Origin: Candidatus Krumholzibacteriia bacterium
GTDB taxonomy: Bacteria > Krumholzibacteriota > Krumholzibacteriia > LZORAL124-64-63
Direction: 5' to 3'
NCBI GenBank assembly: GCA_050174015.1
Contig: JBFXKG010000003.1
Coordinates: forward strand, 96,001-160,000
Length of the DNA stretch: 64,000 nucleotides
Shown here one piece after another: positions 61,241 to 64,000 of the stretch. The notes under the pieces are model-generated. The model did no database searches. It worked only from the letters and a program-made list of their open reading frames with translations, and had not been told where the DNA came from. A program made the translations under genes and the position numbers. The stretch's first letter is position 1, and each line of letters starts with the position of its first letter.

Positions 61241-62583
61241 ACGGACCGTTCCGGGGCGTCCGCCGGCAGTCTGTCTTGATCCTCGCGTTCGCCTGGCTGG
61301 CGGTGGCGGGATGCGGCCGCAAGGATGGAGGGGAAACGGTCACGCTGCGCTTCTGGGCCATGGGCCGCGAGGGGGAAGTCGTCAAGGATCTGGTGCCCGG
61401 ATTCGAGGCGCAGAACCCCGGCGTGAAGGTGGACGTGCAGCAGATCCCCTGGTCGGCCGCGCACGAGAAGTTGCTGACCGCCTTCGTCGGCCGCGCCACG
61501 CCCGACGTGGCCCAGCTGGGAAACACCTGGGTGTCTGAGTTCACGGCCCTCGAAGCTCTGGAACCGCTGGACTCCAGGGTGGCGGCCTCGACCGCCGTCC
61601 GGTTCGAGGACCACTTCCCGGGCATCTGGGAGACCAACGTGATCGACGGCGGCCTGTACGGCATTCCCTGGTACGTCGACACCCGCGTGCTCTTCTACCG
61701 CACCGACCTGCTCGAGGCCGCCGGCCATCCTCGTGCGCCGCGATCCTGGACCGGGTGGCGCGAGGCCATGGCGGCGGTCGTGCAGTTGCAGGGGCCCGGC
61801 CATTACGGCATCCTGCTGCCGTTGAACGAATGGACCCAGCCGGTGATCCTGGGCCTGCAGGGGGGATCTTCTCTGCTTGCGGCCGGCGATACCCGCGGGG
61901 CGTTCGCGCAACCGGAGTTCGCACAAGCCTTCGACTTCTACCTGGACCTGTTCCGGGACGGACTGGCCCCGCCGGTGGCCAACAACGAGGTGGCCAACCT
62001 GTACCAGGAGTTCGCCCGCGGCACCTTCGCCATGTACGTCACCGGCCCCTGGAACCTCGGCGAGTTCGCGCGCCGGCTGCCCCCCGAGCTCCAGGACGCC
62101 TGGGCCACCGCGCCGCTACCGGCCCCCGATGCGGAGGCCGCTGCCGAGCCGGGGACGCCGGGCCTGTCCCTGGCGGGGGGATCGAGCCTGGTCGTGTTCC
62201 GCGGCGGCGACCATCCGGACGAGGCCTGGCGCCTGATCGAGTTCTTGTCCCGCCCCGAGCAGCAGATCCGGTTCTTCGAGCTGACGGGCGACCTGCCCGC
62301 GCACCGCGCGGCCTGGGACGATCCGCGCCTGGCCGGCGATGCCCGCGCCTCGGCGTTCGCCGCCCAGCTCGAACGGGTGACGGCCACGCCCAAGATCCCC
62401 GAGTGGGAGCAGATCGCCAACCGGGTGTGGGAGGCGGCGGAGCAAGCCATCCGCGGGTCGGCCACGCCCGAGGAGGCCTTGAAGGACCTGGACGCCGACG
62501 TCGACCGGATGCTGGCCAAGCGGCGCTGGCTGCGGGAACACCGCGATCCGGACCCGGATGAAGCCGCAGGGAGGACGCCTTGA
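61237..62583 (+). CDS. Sugar ABC transporter substrate-binding lipoprotein
   Basis: ATGA overlap; lipobox VAG-C; FWAMGREGE, QQIPWSAAHEKLLTA and PWYVDTRVLFYRTD. Confidence 0.92.
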   Translation: MNGPFRGVRRQSVLILAFAWLAVAGCGRKDGGETVTLRFWAMGREGEVVKDLVPGFEAQNPGVKVDVQQIPWSAAHEKLLTAFVGRATPDVAQLGNTWVSEFTALEALEPLDSRVAASTAVRFEDHFPGIWETNVIDGGLYGIPWYVDTRVLFYRTDLLEAAGHPRAPRSWTGWREAMAAVVQLQGPGHYGILLPLNEWTQPVILGLQGGSSLLAAGDTRGAFAQPEFAQAFDFYLDLFRDGLAPPVANNEVANLYQEFARGTFAMYVTGPWNLGEFARRLPPELQDAWATAPLPAPDAEAAAEPGTPGLSLAGGSSLVVFRGGDHPDEAWRLIEFLSRPEQQIRFFELTGDLPAHRAAWDDPRLAGDARASAFAAQLERVTATPKIPEWEQIANRVWEAAEQAIRGSATPEEALKDLDADVDRMLAKRRWLREHRDPDPDEAAGRTP

Positions 62584-63470
62584 GCTCCGCCCTGGAACGC
62601 AGGAAGGCCCGCGCGGCCTGGATCTTCCTCGCCCCGGCGATGATCCTCATCACGGTGTTCTTCGTGATCCCGGTGGTCGCGGGACTGCTGCTGAGCCTCA
62701 CCGATTTCGATCTGTACGCCATCTCCGATCCGGGCAACGCGCGCTTCGTCGGCCTGGACAACTACGCCCACATGCTCACGAACGCGACCTTCTGGAGCGC
62801 CCTGGGCAACACGCTGAAGTTCGTGGTGATCGGCGGGCCGCTGTCGCTGGCGGTGTCCCTGGGCGCGGCGCTGCTGGTCAACGCCCGACTGGTGCGCCTG
62901 CGCGGCCTGTTCAGGACCATCTACTTCGCGCCGGTGGTGACCACGCTGGTGTCCGTGGCCATCGTCTGGCGGTACCTCTACCACCCGCGCTACGGCCTGC
63001 TGAACTGGGGGCTGGGACTGGTGGGAATCGAGCCGGTGGACTGGCTGGGCGACCCGCGCTGGGCCATGCCCGCCATCATCCTCCTCGCGGTGTGGAAGAA
63101 CTTCGGCTACAACATGCTCATCTTCGTCGCGGGGCTCCAGATGATCCCGCGCGAGCTCTACGAGGCCGCCGCGATCGACGGCGCGGGTTCGGTGCGCCGC
63201 TTCCTGCACATCACCCTGCCGGGCCTGGCGCCGACCTTCCTGTTCGTCAGCGTCACGACCATGATCGGCTACTTCCAGCTCTTCGCCGAACCGTACGTGA
63301 TGACCCAAGGCGGTCCCCTGGGGGCCACGCGCAGCCTGGTGCTCTTCATGTACGAGGAGGGATTCCGCTGGTGGCGCATGGGCGCCGCCTCGTCCGTCGC
63401 CGTCCTGCTGCTGCTGATCACCCTGGCGGGAACGCTGGTGCAGCTGCGCTGGGTCAGGAGGGAGACGTGA
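62580..63470 (+). CDS. Sugar ABC transporter permease (MalF-like)
   Basis: FVGLDNY, WKNFGYNMLIFVAGLQ and ELYEAAAIDGA EAA motif. Confidence 0.93.
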   Translation: MSSALERRKARAAWIFLAPAMILITVFFVIPVVAGLLLSLTDFDLYAISDPGNARFVGLDNYAHMLTNATFWSALGNTLKFVVIGGPLSLAVSLGAALLVNARLVRLRGLFRTIYFAPVVTTLVSVAIVWRYLYHPRYGLLNWGLGLVGIEPVDWLGDPRWAMPAIILLAVWKNFGYNMLIFVAGLQMIPRELYEAAAIDGAGSVRRFLHITLPGLAPTFLFVSVTTMIGYFQLFAEPYVMTQGGPLGATRSLVLFMYEEGFRWWRMGAASSVAVLLLLITLAGTLVQLRWVRRET

Positions 63471-64000
63471 GCCGCCGTCGCTGGGGATCGATCATCCTGC
63501 ATGCGGGCCTCACGGCCGGCGCCGTGCTGACCCTGGCGCCCCTGTTCTGGATGGTGGCCGCCTCGTTCATGCATCCGGGCGAGGCCAACCAGATGCCGCC
63601 GCCGCTGTGGTCGTCGTCGCCCACCCTGGACAACTACCGCCAGCTCTTCACGCGTCTGGACATGCTGCGCAACTTCACCAACAGCGCGGTGGTGACCGTG
63701 CTGGCCACGGTGCTGTCGGTGATGGTCACCTCGCTGGCGGGCTACGCCTTCGCCAAGCTGCCTTTCGGTGGCCGCGAACGCCTGTTCAAGGCGCTGGCCT
63801 CCGCACTGGTGGTGCCGGCGCAGGTGGGGATGTTGCCGCTATTCCTGGTGCTGCGCGAGCTGGGGCTGGTCAACACCTATGCGGGCGTGCTCGTCCCCTA
63901 CGTCGCGAGCATCTTCGGGATCTTCCTGATCCGCCAGTACGCCCTGGGCGTCTCGGACGAGCTGCTCGACGCCGCCCGCATCGAGGGCGCCGGCGAGTTC
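63467..64000 (+). CDS. Carbohydrate ABC transporter permease (MalG-like), 3'-truncated by window
   Basis: GTGA overlap after GGAGGGAG; my translation gives PLFWMVAASF...TLDNY...AGYAFAKL...ELLDAARIEGAGEF; absent from the ORF track because it has no stop in the window. Confidence 0.9.
   Translation, partial: MSRRRWGSIILHAGLTAGAVLTLAPLFWMVAASFMHPGEANQMPPPLWSSSPTLDNYRQLFTRLDMLRNFTNSAVVTVLATVLSVMVTSLAGYAFAKLPFGGRERLFKALASALVVPAQVGMLPLFLVLRELGLVNTYAGVLVPYVASIFGIFLIRQYALGVSDELLDAARIEGAGEF

Noticed and set aside
1..64000. tRNA, rRNA, CRISPR arrays, IS elements, pseudogenes
   Set aside because: None recognised by eye; intergenic gaps are short and the genes appear intact. A tRNAscan/Infernal run would be needed to exclude small RNAs.

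Overview
High-GC bacterial chromosome window with about 42 CDS and no rRNA, tRNA, CRISPR or mobile element seen. Four very large secreted proteins end in an FlgD-Ig/T9SS-type-A-like sorting domain (PNPFNPxT...W.G.D..G...SG(V/L)Y), which points to an FCB-group lineage such as Krumholzibacteriota, Latescibacterota or Eisenbacteria (inference). Housekeeping or known-family blocks: beta-carbonic anhydrase + cation/H+ antiporter-like gene; brxA/B-iscA-ygfZ operon; a sigma54 activator divergent from sbp-cysT-cysW-cysA; two TetR + TolC-MFP-RND; pfkB; a PstS-like/TPR/exbB/exbD/exbD/tonB operon; and a GH144-like hydrolase + sugar ABC transporter. The main hunt result is two paralogous modules (17.9-27.1 kb and 44.0-53.3 kb). 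Each has an ECF sigma factor, a membrane zinc-finger anti-sigma carrying a periplasmic (L/M)RG motif, a signal-peptide plus C-terminally anchored TPR-CHAT (caspase-like) protease, and a giant secreted cargo protein. Each module also has its own ECF-type promoter motif found twice with identical spacing (ATGAAACT-N17-CGTyTT; CCCTGTGATTT-N13-GCGTC). In both modules one copy is placed to drive the cargo and the other to drive the anti-sigma but apparently not the sigma. This suggests a CRISPR-independent, envelope-located caspase-like protease/anti-sigma/ECF switch controlling secreted proteins.
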